From Mytilus californianus (Eukaryota): 64,000 bases of DNA. The notes beneath the pieces were generated by a model. The model ran no database searches, was not told the DNA's origin, and saw nothing but the letters and a program-made list of their open reading frames with translations. A program made the translations under genes and the position numbers. The DNA lies in assembly GCF_021869535.1 (NCBI RefSeq), contig NW_026262668.1:12276001-12340000 (forward strand), read 5' to 3'. Of the stretch, positions 25,333 through 38,800 are shown piece after piece (positions within the stretch are counted from its first letter, which is position 1; each line of letters opens with the position of its first letter).

Positions 25333-25548
25333 ACAAAAAATCTTTGCACCTTTGTTTGCGGTATATCATCTTTGCCGCAAGTTTATTGTTTTCTGTTTGG
25401 TATTAAATTTATAGTTAAGATCCATTTATTACAACTTGTGATCCGTTTATTTGGCAATCGCCAGTGGCAGTCAGCAGGATTTAAGAACATTTGTTGTTCG
25501 ACCTGTTAGTCAAATGCGTTTTGTTAAAATATATATATATATATATAT

Positions 25549-26917
25549 GTATAAAACTATACTCGCATCCATGGACGTGTCTTCTTTATGTATAAATATC
25601 CACAAGACGAAGGAATAGCAGCGTGTGAAGAGGTATAGAACAATCGGAATGACAAAAATCCTCCAAATGAGTGCCTTGTTACATTTCTAAAACTAATGCT
25701 GGACATCAACAACTTGGCTTTCAATGACAAACACTTTCTACAGATAGCCCCGTCATATGCCAACATATTTATGGGCCAACTTGAAAAACGCCTCTTGGCT
25801 TGTGTTTCATACCAGCCATTATCATGATTTCGATTTATTAGTGATATTGATTTTAAATTGACAGATTCACAAGACCATCTGAATGCATTTCTTGAACACT
25901 GTAACTCTTTCCACCATTCAATTAAATTTACACACGAAACATCAATGGAGAAACTTAACTTTCTTGATGCTACGAGTTACATGAACGGAACCATGTTAAC
26001 CGATCTCCATACAAAGAAAACAGACAAACATCAATTTCCCTCTCCAAAATGTTGCCATCCGAAACACTGCTCCCGTGGTATCCATTTCAGCCAGGCATTG
26101 CGAATCAAGAAAATATGCTCAACTGAAAATAAGCAGCATGCTAGACCTGGACAACTACGTAAACATCTAGTTGTTCGAGGATACAATAATAACAGTATTG
26201 ATACAGCTTTCGAAAAAGCAAACACAATTAACCGCAAAGAACTTCTGGAGTACAAGGATAAGAACAAAGGCGCCAACAGAACACCTCTTGTACTCATTTA
26301 TCATCCTGATTTTAAAAATGTGTCATCCATTGTTCGAAAGCATTGGAACATTATAGAAAATGACTCCAATTTGAAAAAAAATATTTTCTTCACCACCAGT
26401 CATGGCCTTCAGAAGACCTAAACATATCCGTGACAAATTAGTGACAGCTGTATTAACAAAGCAACCTCCTCCACCTCCTGGTTGCTGCAAACAATGTAGG
26501 AGAAGAAATTGTTTATGCTGTAAAGTTGCCAATACTAGCAGTTCTTTCACCAGCTCCTTCGAAAAACAAAGTTAGACCATCTACGTAAATTACAACTGAA
26601 AAACGGAGAACTCAATTTATGAAATAACATGTAACACCTGTGGCATTCAGTACGTGGGAGAAACAATGCACAAGTTTAATATTCGGCCAAATAACCATTG
26701 ATCACGGTACAAAACCAACAAAAACTGTCCTCTCACCAGACATCTTCGCTCAAAGAAACATCCTTTTGATAATGTTACTTTTCAAATCATATAAGTGAAC
26801 ACTGAGTGGGATACCACGGCGAGAAGGAGAAGAGAAAACTTTTGGATCCACCAGCTCCATTCTTTAGAACCTGATGGTCTAAATGAAAAAGACGAGAAAA
26901 GATACAGGAAAGAATAA
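25549..26917 (+). mobile_element. 5'-truncated, decayed Penelope-like element with C-terminal GIY-YIG (Neptune-like)
   Basis: ASMDVSSL, F(R)FI(D)DI, SIKFTHE, LNFLD, FSQALRIKKICS; Cys-rich linker PGCCKQCRRRNCLCC; IYEITCNTCGIQYVGET; RENFWIHQLHSLEPDGLNEKD; several stops and frameshifts. The clade call rests on domain order and the Cys-rich linker. Confidence 0.82.
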
Positions 26918-27136
26918 TTTATTATGTAGCATCGTCCTTAACATCTCTGTAATATTGGCCTATGAACGTTGCAAACTTACCTTACTTAAACCATAAATAA
27001 TCTTGAACTTCATTTAAATTTTTAATTTATTTATAAGCAGTAAAAATTCACTGTACAATGAATTGCAAAAGTTTCTTATCTGCATCCGATTTCACCTGGA
27101 TAGATGCACGCTTGTTGAAGATAGATTGTCCTGCCA

Positions 27137-27999
27137 TCATATAAACCCGAAGGCAAATATAATAGAAGCCCAAAGGAATAGAATATAAACAAGTCTAAAT
27201 TGAAAACAACGTTCAAACCTATGATTGCGTTGGATAAAAACCGCAATTTTTATACGTGTGCATGCAACACAAGTTTCTTGGTAGAGGGGTCTAAATACAG
27301 CACAAACAACATTTTCCAAACGACCAAAAAAGTGAAAAAGTATATTTTAACAAAACGCATTTGACTAGCAGGTCGAACAACGGATGTTCTTAAACCCTGC
27401 TGACTGCCATTGGCGATTGCAAAATAAACGGATCACCAGATGTAACTAATTGACTCTTAACTATTAAATTAATACCAAACATAAAACAATAAACTTTTGA
27501 AAAAGAAGGTATACCGCAAACAAAAGGTGCAAAAATTAGTACACCATATCCGGATTTCGACAATTAATGTCTCTTCAGTGATGTTAGGAATCGAAACGGT
27601 ATTTGGAAGGCCATATAATTTTCTCAATTACCTCCGGATATGGTGAACTAATTTTTGCACCTTTTGTGTGCGGTATACTATCTTTTCCGCAAGTTTATTG
27701 TTTTCTGTATTAAATTAATAGTTAAGATCCCTATTGTTACATCTGGTGATCCGTTTATTTGGCAATTGCCAATGGCAGTCAGCAGGGTTTAAGAACATCC
27801 GTTTTTCGACCTGCTAGTCAAATGCGTTTTGTTAAAATATACTTTTTCACATTTTTTGGTCTTTTGGAAAATGTTGTTTGTGCTGTATTTAGACCCCTCT
27901 ACCAAGAAATTTTTGTTTTGCATGCACACGTATAAAAATTTCGGTTTTTATCCAACGCAACCATAGGTTTGAACGTTGTTTTCAATTTAGGCTTGTTTA
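27137..27999. repeat. Inverted pair of family-1 retrozyme units (~370-bp arms)
   Basis: Arm ~27186-27554 is the reverse complement of ~27633-27999; the 78-nt spacer holds the rest of the hammerhead. Confidence 0.88.
27541..27584 (-). ncRNA. Type I hammerhead ribozyme, family 1, intact
   Basis: Reverse complement reads acatca CTGAAGA gac attaatt gtc GAAA tccgga TA tggtgt. Confidence 0.88.
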
Positions 28000-29895
28000 C
28001 ATGTATATATAATATATATTGTTTACGTCTGTTTCTATTGTTATTAGATATTTGCGGAAACAAGGTCTATACCTAGGATTACTCTTAGACTTATGATTAC
28101 AGTTGACGAAAAACAAGGGGTCCTCTCAAAATAAAAAATAAACCTAACTGAGATACATAGTAAATTGAAATGATATTTTTTTTTATCATGGATTTGTGAT
28201 TGAAAATTATTGTCACTGTGAAATAAGAAATTAGGTCAATAAAATTTAGACACTTACGAATATTTTATTCTGTCGAGTTTCAGACCTTTCAATTAAAAAT
28301 AGTTTAATGCAATAAATTCCACAGTAGTCTTCAAAAATGTCTAACACTTCAAAAAAGGTTGACGTAATACGACATATATAGGTATACCAAAATGAATTTA
28401 TAAGTTATACCATGTGATTTATTACTGATAAAAAAATTTGTACTTTATGTCTTGATTTTGGATGTGGGAGAGCATTCATTTTAAAAAGATTTTTTTATTA
28501 TATATTACAGTGCAATCGATAAAGAAAATAACGTGGGAGTTGTACTGATGGTAAATCTGCGTAAAGTGTCCTGAAAACGTACTTAAATAGTTTCGATGGA
28601 AAGTGTTTGTTTCCTGGTGTATCTCGAGTGTAAATAAAAATATTCAAACAGTTCATTATTGGTGATGTCAAAAAACCATAAAATTACAATTTGGACTGCC
28701 ACTAAAGGATAGGGACAGAAATTGTGCATTGGAACTTGCCACCTACGGACCTCTCAGAGAGTTTTAAAGTACAGGGCATGGGATCGGATTTTACATCCCC
28801 ATTCTAACCGGACTTGGCTGAGAATTTATTCATCATGCACAACCGGACGCCCCTCTTTAAAAAAGGATTTTACTGTCGGAAGGGAAGATGAATCGCAATT
28901 TTTGGATTGAAAGTTTTATTGAAATCATGTCTGTAGTTAAATGAGACGTAGTGTTTTGCTAAGGTGATTACAAATTTATGAACCCCCTCATCCCCCACCC
29001 CTTGAGACAACTTTGTCCTAACAAATATAATTATGAAAGGTATGATATCTTCTTATTATAGAAATTAGTTCAAATATAATAGCGCATGCATTATAAATTC
29101 AAATACAATCTTGTTACATAAATTTTTATAGGGATAAGTAAGATAAATGCTACGTAGTTGCGTCCTCTTTTGACCGAGATAAGTTATTATCATAAGTTAA
29201 TATATTATCAAACAGATACGAATGTGTACGTGAATTTAGTACAGTAATCAAAGTAAACAATATTTACAACATTCAAAGGTAAGGATTCTTCAATCTATAA
29301 AATAGTGTTGGCCCTTCTTCTTACACATCATTAATTTACAGCCATATTTTCATCAATTTTCAAAAAGTTAATATGTTTCAAATCAGTATTGCGCTTGTTT
29401 ACCTCATAACGTCCACTAATGGAAAAATGTATTTTAATGACTTCAACGTCTTCGTTGACATAACGCTACAAAGGTATAACAATATACATACAGTATCATT
29501 TTAAATTTTATAGGTCTAAGAGCGATACCAGACAGGATTAAATGAACTCCAAGATATAACCAACATGTAACTAGTTACATGTAAGATCAGCACTCTCTAG
29601 TACTGTCAGAATATCTGTCATAAAACCACTCTAAAAAGGTTCTACCCTATTGTTCATGCATCACCTATCATGTCTTTCTAACGTTATACTCAAAAGCATT
29701 GTCATGGGCAGGAACTTTGAAAAACCTGTGCATATGTCAGTAAGAGAATTTTAAAAAGCGGAATTTATTTTATGAGATTACCGCAGTATATTTTCTTATT
29801 TTCAGTACGGTTTTTATGTTAACTTCATATACTTTATAAATTTCACAAAAGATTTTACTTTTTTAATTGTATTACAGGAGAGGCTTATTACAGCA

Positions 29896-32800
29896 ATGGC
29901 TACAGAAAGCACTAAACTGAACTCAGGTGTGTGTCCTTAACCATAGTAGTAGTAGTACTTGTGTAGAGGTTATGCCAAAATCAAATTGATTACAATACGC
30001 AAAACGTATCTCTGAAATCTATTATTTGGGAAATATCTCTAACCGTCTAGTTTATGTTAGGAAGATTAATTTTGTAAATAAATGCAATAAACAGAAAAAA
30101 AAATACCAGAATGAAATATAAACTCCACAACTGAGATAACACATTGAAAAATAAACCTAGGACATCTATATACATGTAGTTGAATGAATGGAGATGTGGA
30201 TTACATAGATATAAAAAGATGTGGTATAAGTGCCAATGAGACAATTTTCCATCCAAGTCACAATTTGTAAAAGTAAACCATTATAGGTGAAAGTACGGTC
30301 TTCAACACGGAGCCTTGGCTCACACCGAACAGCAAGCTATAAAGGGCCCCAAAAATGACTAGTGTATTCAAAGAGCTACTTATGACAACACTATTGGTAA
30401 TTAGAATATTGATGTAACTATCAAACAAATCGATTACTTGTGACTTGTTTATATGTTATGATTCATTGTCCAAAATAAGCTTGAAATATTAGCTACTGGA
30501 CGTTAGGCAAATATCAAGTCAATCATGTATAATTTAACTTTACAATCTACGCGCTGATACTGCAATTATTAAGGTAGAATTACGAGACCTAAATCTTACA
30601 CCTTGTGTAATTAAACACGGTCTAGATATGAGAGTGGAAACAGTAACATCTTCAAGATAAGCATCTTCTGCTATCCATGATGCATCATCCGTCATTCGGG
30701 GTTGGAATTATGTCCAGTAGTAAGTGCCATGTCAAAGAAAATGGCAAAATGTTGCAAAGAAAATCAATGTTGAAATTGTATATGAAGACATTATTCCCTT
30801 AACTAAATGATCTTAAAATCCCCAAAATAAAATAAAATGTTTAGTTTTGCAGATATATTATTGTAAGAGACGCTCATTCATTACTAACTTGACTTTTGTG
30901 ATCCTGCTTACATTTCTCATCAAATACTTTAAATTTATTTTGCAGAATACCTGTTTTATCGTGATGACTTCCAAGTCACACATAAGATGAAACAAAACTT
31001 TGACAAATATGGTTACATATTAGTAAGGTAAATGCTTTATGCACCAATAAATATATCTGAACAGTGAGTTAAAGCATTAATAAATGATAACATAAAAAAA
31101 AACATAAAACTACAATTATAAAAAGAAAAAAATGTATTTAATGTTGGTGTTGCATTCCAAAAGCGTTTTGATCAACGCAAAATGAAGTGTTTTGAAAGGT
31201 AAATCATATAAATCATTTCATAATGATAAATAATGTAGACAAATCGTTTATAGCCAGCATTTTCGGATGGAATTATTACACAGAACAGAATGAATCTGAG
31301 AAAAGAAAACAAAAACTTCAGTATAAATTATGTTAAAGTTGCAAAATAAGGTATGTTATTAAATTATGCAATATTTTTTAAAGAAGACCTTTAAAAGTGA
31401 TTATGATAGTATAAGGTGAAATTATTGGCTAGAATCATTTGAATATATTTTTAAATGTTTGCTTTGTAGGAGACTACTTGATAACGAAGAGGTTGAAAAA
31501 GTAAAGAAAGTATTCGAGAATGCAACATCAGAACAGATTCTTGAAGACAATCAAATGAGGGTAATTAATCAATATTAGAAAGAAATAGAACGGATAGCAA
31601 TATTGTCTGTGGTGTAGGCCTTTTCTTGTCTATAGTGTTCATAATCGATCTTACTTTATATTTTGTGTTTTAAAGTCTTGAATATTTGGAATATGTAACT
31701 TAAATTGCTGAATTTAAATATTGTATTGATATTTTTTTCTTTAAAATCGTTTCACAGACAGATTGTTGGGTGTATCTTTTAATTTTTATAAAAGTGTGAT
31801 GAGATGCAAAATATGCAATGTCATTAGGAATAATAAATGTTTTACAAATCTTGAAAATTTCAAAAAACTCGCTTAGCAGCTCTTTCTCTCGTTACTAGGA
31901 CTTCTGGGAAAACCTAATACACTGACAAAATATTCTCTTATTTGACTGAAATGATCAACTTGTATTAGGTCTTTCCACTTTTCCGTGGAAAGACCTATTG
32001 ATTTAGTTCTGATTATTTTTTTTTCCGCCAAATTTTTTTTCTTGCGCTGTTTGGTTGTTTCGCAAGATGTCGCTAAGATATTTGATATATGATATAGAAC
32101 AAAATAAACGCTTTTAAAACTGACACTGTTTAAACGAACACTTTTCTGTGTAAGAGTTATCTCACCAAACACTGTTTTTCTTGTTTGCGCATCTCCTTCG
32201 CAACCGTAAAAGAAATCGACAAATTTATTTTTCAAATTGCCTCGTTGAATCCTCAAGATGCTTTGGTTAATATTAACCGAAGCGATACTGAGACTCCATA
32301 TGTGTAAATGTAACACATGAACCGTAAGTGATAAAGACCTAGGGTATCTTGGTTTGAGGTCCTTGGTCTACCAAAAAGAAAATGGTGTCAAAGTCAAAGG
32401 TCAAGGTCATTTTCTAAATTTTGCCCTTTGCTTGTGTGTGCATCCTTACTTATACTATAAAAGCTAAATATAAAAGAACTGATGTTTTGGTTGTTGAGAA
32501 GAAGAAATGGTACATTCAAGCCGAAGCGATCTGATGATATCTTTTAGGAGTTATTGCCCCTAAAATGCTAAAATTTAAGGTAAATCGAATATAACTTCAA
32601 TCTGATACATAATAAAGCCAAAGTGTCTTTTGATAAGGGTTCGGTGACACATGACCTTGAAAAGTATCAACCGGAAGTGACTTTGTGCAAACTGGAAGTA
32701 GCTATTTTCGCAGGTGTTTGATGTTTTCTCGTGTTCATATTTTCTTAGAATTAAAAACAACTGCAATAGTTTTCTAACCTTGAAGGTTTCTGATGGTCAA

Positions 32801-35800
32801 GGACAAGAGGCCAAGTTAATTGTATGGTCACATCCCGGTAATGATGTCAGTGGAATGGTTAGTAGGTCACTAAAAGTAGCAGGAACATGCGAAAAGGTAA
32901 GTTTTCAATTATATAGCTCTTAAAACAGCTAAATAATACAATGGCAACCTATAAAATCTTTGGCCATTACCAACAATATACAAATGCTTACACCATGTTA
33001 TTGCGAAAAGTCTTACCGTGAATTGGGAAATTTGACGTCGGGATATTTTGGCAGTTTTCTCTCGAAAGGCATGTGTTTTATTTTAGTGTGTGTGATTTTA
33101 GTGCTTCGTCCAATTGATATGTTTAATTTTGGAATAACAGTAGGGAGCAAGCTCATTCATATTTGCCTTTATTTACCCGTTAATTGACAAAATATCATTG
33201 AATTTCTCAAACTTAATCCACGACAAAGTTTACTTAATGAAAAAATCGGATACGGATGCAATTGCAAATAATTCCGTATATCGTGGTTCAAAGCTGAAAG
33301 AAAATTGAAACAAAATCTTAAACATTAAAATCACTTTTTTAAAAGATTATTAATTTTTTACAAATATCATATGAAATAAATTTTAATCATCTCTATTGCA
33401 GTACATGTTAATCTATTTACGATTAAGGATTTAAATTTTAATCCTTATGCCTCTGGCAGTACATGTTAATTAATTGAAGATAAAGGATTAAAAGGAGTTT
33501 TGATATTCTTATTACCACAGCGTCTAATCAGCAATAGCCTGGCATATTTATGACATTTATGACATGTGTGAATACAAATTCTTGTTGTGTTTTCTTAACA
33601 ATTTCCCAAAATTAACAATTTAGTAAAAATTATATAGTGTTATCAAATTATACCAGGTATTTATTTGCAAATTTGGCTACGCGTGTTAGCATTTCAATTT
33701 TTACTGTTTGCTTTATTTTCGTGTGTTTAATATTGGCACTTTCATTGGAGGCACCAAATAAACCGAAATAAAACTACAACCAAAATAACCCATTTTACGG
33801 TATTCTATGAACGCACAGAGCATGTAATTCTATTTAAACAAATAACTAAAAGATTTTCTCATTAATAGTACAACAATTTACTTAACAATAAATATAGTTC
33901 TTCTTTTCAGCTCATGGGAGAAGAGGTATACCATTATCATGGAAAATTAGTCAGTAAAGAGGCTTTCACTGGTGGCTCTCATTTATGGCATCAGGATTAC
34001 GGGTAATATTAACATAATATAAACGTTAAACCACATGCCATTACAACAGATGTAAAATGTAGGCGACAGATACCAAGAGGACATTAAAACATTAGTCGAC
34101 ATAAACTGATAACACCACGGCAAAAAACGAAAGACGACGAAAAGACAAACAAGTCCACAAAACACTACATAGAAATTTAAAAACACGAACTTCATTAAAA
34201 CCTAGGGGTGATCATATGTACTCTGCAAGAGTAAGCAGATACTGCTCAACTAGTAGTATGTAAGATTTATTACCATCTCTTTAAGTTTTTTTTACACTAG
34301 AGCCGAACGACATTATCTGACCTTTGAATATCCAATAACGAGCCAATTAATGCATTATGTATTTGGATGAGTCCAATGATAATATATCATAACACAGGCT
34401 GGACAAGTTTGTCATTCCGCTGCGTGCAAAAGTTGGCATCTTAATTTTTGAAGAGAAAGAAAAATAAGTTATGGACTAACATGGTATTGATTCTTTGATA
34501 TTTGTCTTTAAATGTTTTGGATTTTGCACCATTGTTGGAAGAGTTCTGCCCATTTTATTAAATTTCTTTTGATGAAAACTTATTTCCACAAAGGAAATCT
34601 TATTTCCCTTGAGAAAAATCACTTTTCCTTAGGGGGAAAATTATCAAATCCCCCTGGGAAAAACTTTACCTAAGGAAACTTCTCACATAATTTTTCCTCA
34701 AAGGAAATCAATTGCTTCAAAATTTCCTTTAATGAAATCGGGTACATTAAAATTTTCCTTGAGGAAATTTCAAACAAATTATTTCCTCAAAGGAAAAATC
34801 GAACAAACTATTTCCTCAAAGGAAATCAATTTTACATCACTTTTCCTCTAAGGGAATTTTACAGTATCAAGTTTCCCCTAATGAAATTTAAAAAAATAAA
34901 ATTTGCTTTGAGGAATTAACAGAAATTAATTTTCCTTTAAGAAAATTTACAGAGCTAAAAGAATTCACTTTCCTGTAATTGAGCTTTGAACAGATCTTCT
35001 ACGAATCTCAACTTTTTTTTCTGTATCTACAAAACTGCCACTTTTGCACGCAGCGGAATGGCCAACTTGCTCCGAAAAGTGTTTTATACTAAGAATTACA
35101 ACGTTTTGAACTTAATCCCAATTGGTAACAAACTTAAGTCGTCATAGTGTAAATATCATCCAACTATCTACAGAGACTTATTAACTAGAAGAGTTTTGTA
35201 TGATACAAATAGAAGTACCCAATGTATATTGAGATGTCATGCAACCAAAATGTAAACCCTTCCCTTCTCCACACGCTAACGATCATGTCATTTCGCACAT
35301 TTAAGATATTGGTATAAGAATGGCTGCCTGCTACCTAACATGATGACAGTTTTTATTGCCCTTGATAAATGCACAAAAGAAAATGGCTGTTTGCAGGTAA
35401 AATAAGTGTTTCATATGCATCCACTCAAATCAAGTAATGAAACTTTGTAATTTTATTCATTTATCAACAAAAAAGACATGAATTTGAACGAATAAAAGAA
35501 ATTTTCTGTTTCCAAATTTCAGGAGCAACATAATAGTAATTATTAAACGTCCTCCGTAATTGAAATATTCATAATTGTGGGTGCAGTTTAAATAGTACTA
35601 GTAATTTTCGACAACCAACTTATCTCTCTCAATTATGAAAATGTTGATCTTAATAGTATAGGTGCTTCGTTATAATTGTGTTTACTTAAATCAAACTTTA
35701 AAACAAAAATGTTAAATATGTTTTGATAAAGAGCTAAGTGAAGTTTAAAAAAAATACGTGGTGTTCAGATCTTTTTATAGACCATTCATTTTAAATATAT

Positions 35801-38800
35801 ACAAAAAGGGACAAATGTATGATGTGTGTTGTTTTAATCATTTATATAATGTATTTTAATTTTCATAAATCTTGCAGGGCATAGTTCTATTTAAACAATC
35901 TTTTTGCTTATAGTTCTAACTGAACGAAATTTCATATCATATCATATGAAAAATGATTTGTGTTATTTCCTCCTAATATTTCATATTCATCCACTTCCAG
36001 ATGTAAGTCATTGATAGTTCACTCATGACACTTCGATTGTAAAAATTATTTTTTCTCATTGCGAAACTTGATATATCGTTCTAATTTTTATTCTTGGTTG
36101 TATATGCAAATTTTCAAGTTCATTCTATTGATAATTACATTTTCCTAAATTGAAGATATTGGAATGTTCGCACACATGTGGCAGACTCGATCATGAATTG
36201 ATGCATGGACAACAAGCCATACCAGACACTGGAAGAGTTGATCAGATTAAAGAACGTTGTCCATTGATATGGTGTGAAATGAATCCAGGTTAGATTTCTT
36301 AGTACTCAGTTAATCTGATATTTCATTTTCTAACGAAAACTATAGATAGGTTGTAAATGACGTAATTGGAGTTTGAGTAATTTCCTTTGGTCGCCATTTT
36401 TGAGGAATAAACGGTTGATTTTCTTTTTTGACCAACCAAATTGAAATATGCGATACACACACGTCTGATAAGAGATCTTTCCAAGATCGTATTGAAGAAT
36501 CAAGCAAGGTAAAAAGGAATTAAAAATGTTCAGAAAAAAAACCCTTTCTAAAGTCTAACAGTCAGTAAACTAGTTAAACTTGGCTGATTTATGAAGAGGA
36601 GCCTCAGTGGCCGAGTGGTCTAAGTAGTTACTACTGTAATCACTAGCCAGTCAACACTGAGGTTGTGAGTTCGAACCCCGCTCGTGCGGGTGCACTCGAC
36701 TCCAATCTTAATTGACTAGGATTGTCAGTTTTCCTATCGAAGGTCGGTGGTTTTCTCCGGACACTCCGGCTTCCTCCACCAATAAAAACTGGCCGCCACG
36801 AAATAGCCCAAAAACGGTGCTTAAAAGTGGCGTTAAAACACCAAAAATCAAAATCAATCTGATTTATGAAGAAAGTTGCGTACTTAGCCCTCCAATATAA
36901 CGACAAAAGGGAAGTAACTTTTGCTCAAATTGTGTCAAACGAAACCTATCTATTGCAGTCACAGTTGGGAAACTAAAAATGCGATATTAAGGAGGCATTC
37001 AAAACTAATAGTCGATGAACGCGAACGCGATTGCAAATAAAGATACAGACAGAAAGATAATGCTCTACATAATACATAAAAATAAAGATTGATTAACACG
37101 ATCTGATCAAAAATCTGGTTGAACTCGGATGCTTTGAATAGGTAAGCAGTCATGGTTGATTATATCATCTATTTAACGTTACTATTATATTGTTCATAAC
37201 AAGATCCTAAAGTCAAGTATTACGTTGACTATTTTCCGTTAGATTTGTTAACAGCAATAACAATGACAAAACATAATGAATGTAAGTAGATTTAAGTTAT
37301 ACGCCAATGAAAAATTTACTCGTTAACACAAATAACCGTTAAAGATATATCTATGTTTCAAAATTTGTTCACGCACTGATCATGGTTTTTAAATCGTACA
37401 TTAGTACAAGCATTTTATATCATTTGTTACAAATAATGCAGTTCTTTGATAGGTGATGCTTTATTTTTTCACTCCAACATGATGCATACAAGTAGTCAAA
37501 ACAGAAGTCCAAACAGAAGATGGGCTCTCCTGACTGCTTTCAATACGAAGTCAAACAATCCAACCAAAGAGCATCATCATCCATGCTATACACCACTAAC
37601 CAAGGTATTGCGAGTAGCTCCAGTTTTAACGCCTAGTGTAAATATTAGCAACTAAACAAAAGGTTATACGTCGATGAAACAGTATTCAAATAAATCAATG
37701 AAACTAAAAGATACGGTTTTATGCAATGCAGAAGTATTTTATCATATATCTAACTCTGATTGAAAATACCTCCAACAGAGACAACTTTAGATCCTCCATC
37801 CAACACAAACAGAACTACTAGAAACAAAGACATCTGCCGAGTTTGTTTTACTCGAGTCATATGTATTTATATATAGCGGGGTTAAATAATAGAATATTCA
37901 TCTGATTCACTTGACAGGGAACGCATGCATATCAGGAGACGGTTATGTAGACGAAACGCGCGTCTGGCGTATTAAATTATAATCCTGGTATCTTTGATAA
38001 CTCTTTACAACACTGGGTCATGCCGCTGCTGGTGGACGTTTCGTCCCCGAGGGTATCACCAGCCCAGTAGTCAGCACTTCGGTGTTGACATGAATATCAA
38101 TTATATGGTCATTTTTATAAATTTCCTGTTACAAAACTTTGAATTTTTCGGAAAACTAAGGATTTTCTTATCCCAGGAATAGATTACCTTAGCCGTATTT
38201 GGCACAACTTTTTGGAATTTTGGCTCCTCAATGCTCTTCAACTGTGAACTTGTTTGGCTTTAAAACTATTTTGATCTGAGCGTCACTGATGAGTCTTATG
38301 TAGAAGAAACGCGCATCTGGCGTATTAAATTATAATCCTGGTACCTTTGATAACTATTTACTCTGTCAATGCACCCGGTCTCGCTACTTTTGCAGTTCAT
38401 ATGATTCCCTAAGTTTGTGTTTGTTACTTTGATTTGTCTACTTAATTAATTAATTTATGTAATTTGAACATTAGTAAACTATTGTCGCCTTAATTAAACA
38501 TGTTTTCTGAGTAGTGATCGTTGAAGACAAAAGGGTATAAACAAAAACGTATAAAATGACTGTTGCACTTCATAGTGGATTTTACACGATAACGTCATGA
38601 ACAATATGGACGACCACTATATTATGCAGTGCCAAGTAAATTTGTGTATGTAAACATATTTAGAAAACAAGTCTAAATTGAAAACAACGTTCAAATCTAT
38701 GATTGCGTTGGATAAAAACCGCAATTTTTATACGTGTTTTCTTTGTAGAGGGGTCTAAATACAGCACAAACAACATTTTCCAAAAGACCAAAAAAAGTGA

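Larger units (their letters stand above)
23187..25526 (+). repeat. Tandem array of ~538-541-nt hammerhead-containing units (retrozyme-like), ~4.3 copies
   Basis: Predicted cleavage sites after 23709, 24250, 24788 and 25326 (spacing 541, 538, 538); the array runs into (TA)n at ~25527. Confidence 0.92.

Noticed and set aside
26597-26599. TGA at the pre-GIY Cys (NYN*KTEN) in the Neptune-like element, same site as a Naiad Sec codon
   Set aside because: Single instance in a copy with other TGA nonsense changes at non-Cys sites and no SECIS seen; a family consensus would be needed to revive it.
34600-34945. CRISPR-like spacing of palindromes
   Set aside because: Repeats are degenerate, spacers are short and AT-rich, there are no cas genes, and it sits inside a TIR element in a eukaryotic intron.
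36598-36680. tRNA-like sequence with A and B boxes (also 22965-23050 and 17200-17288)
   Set aside because: No proper cloverleaf; followed by a SINE body and tail, with TSDs in two cases.
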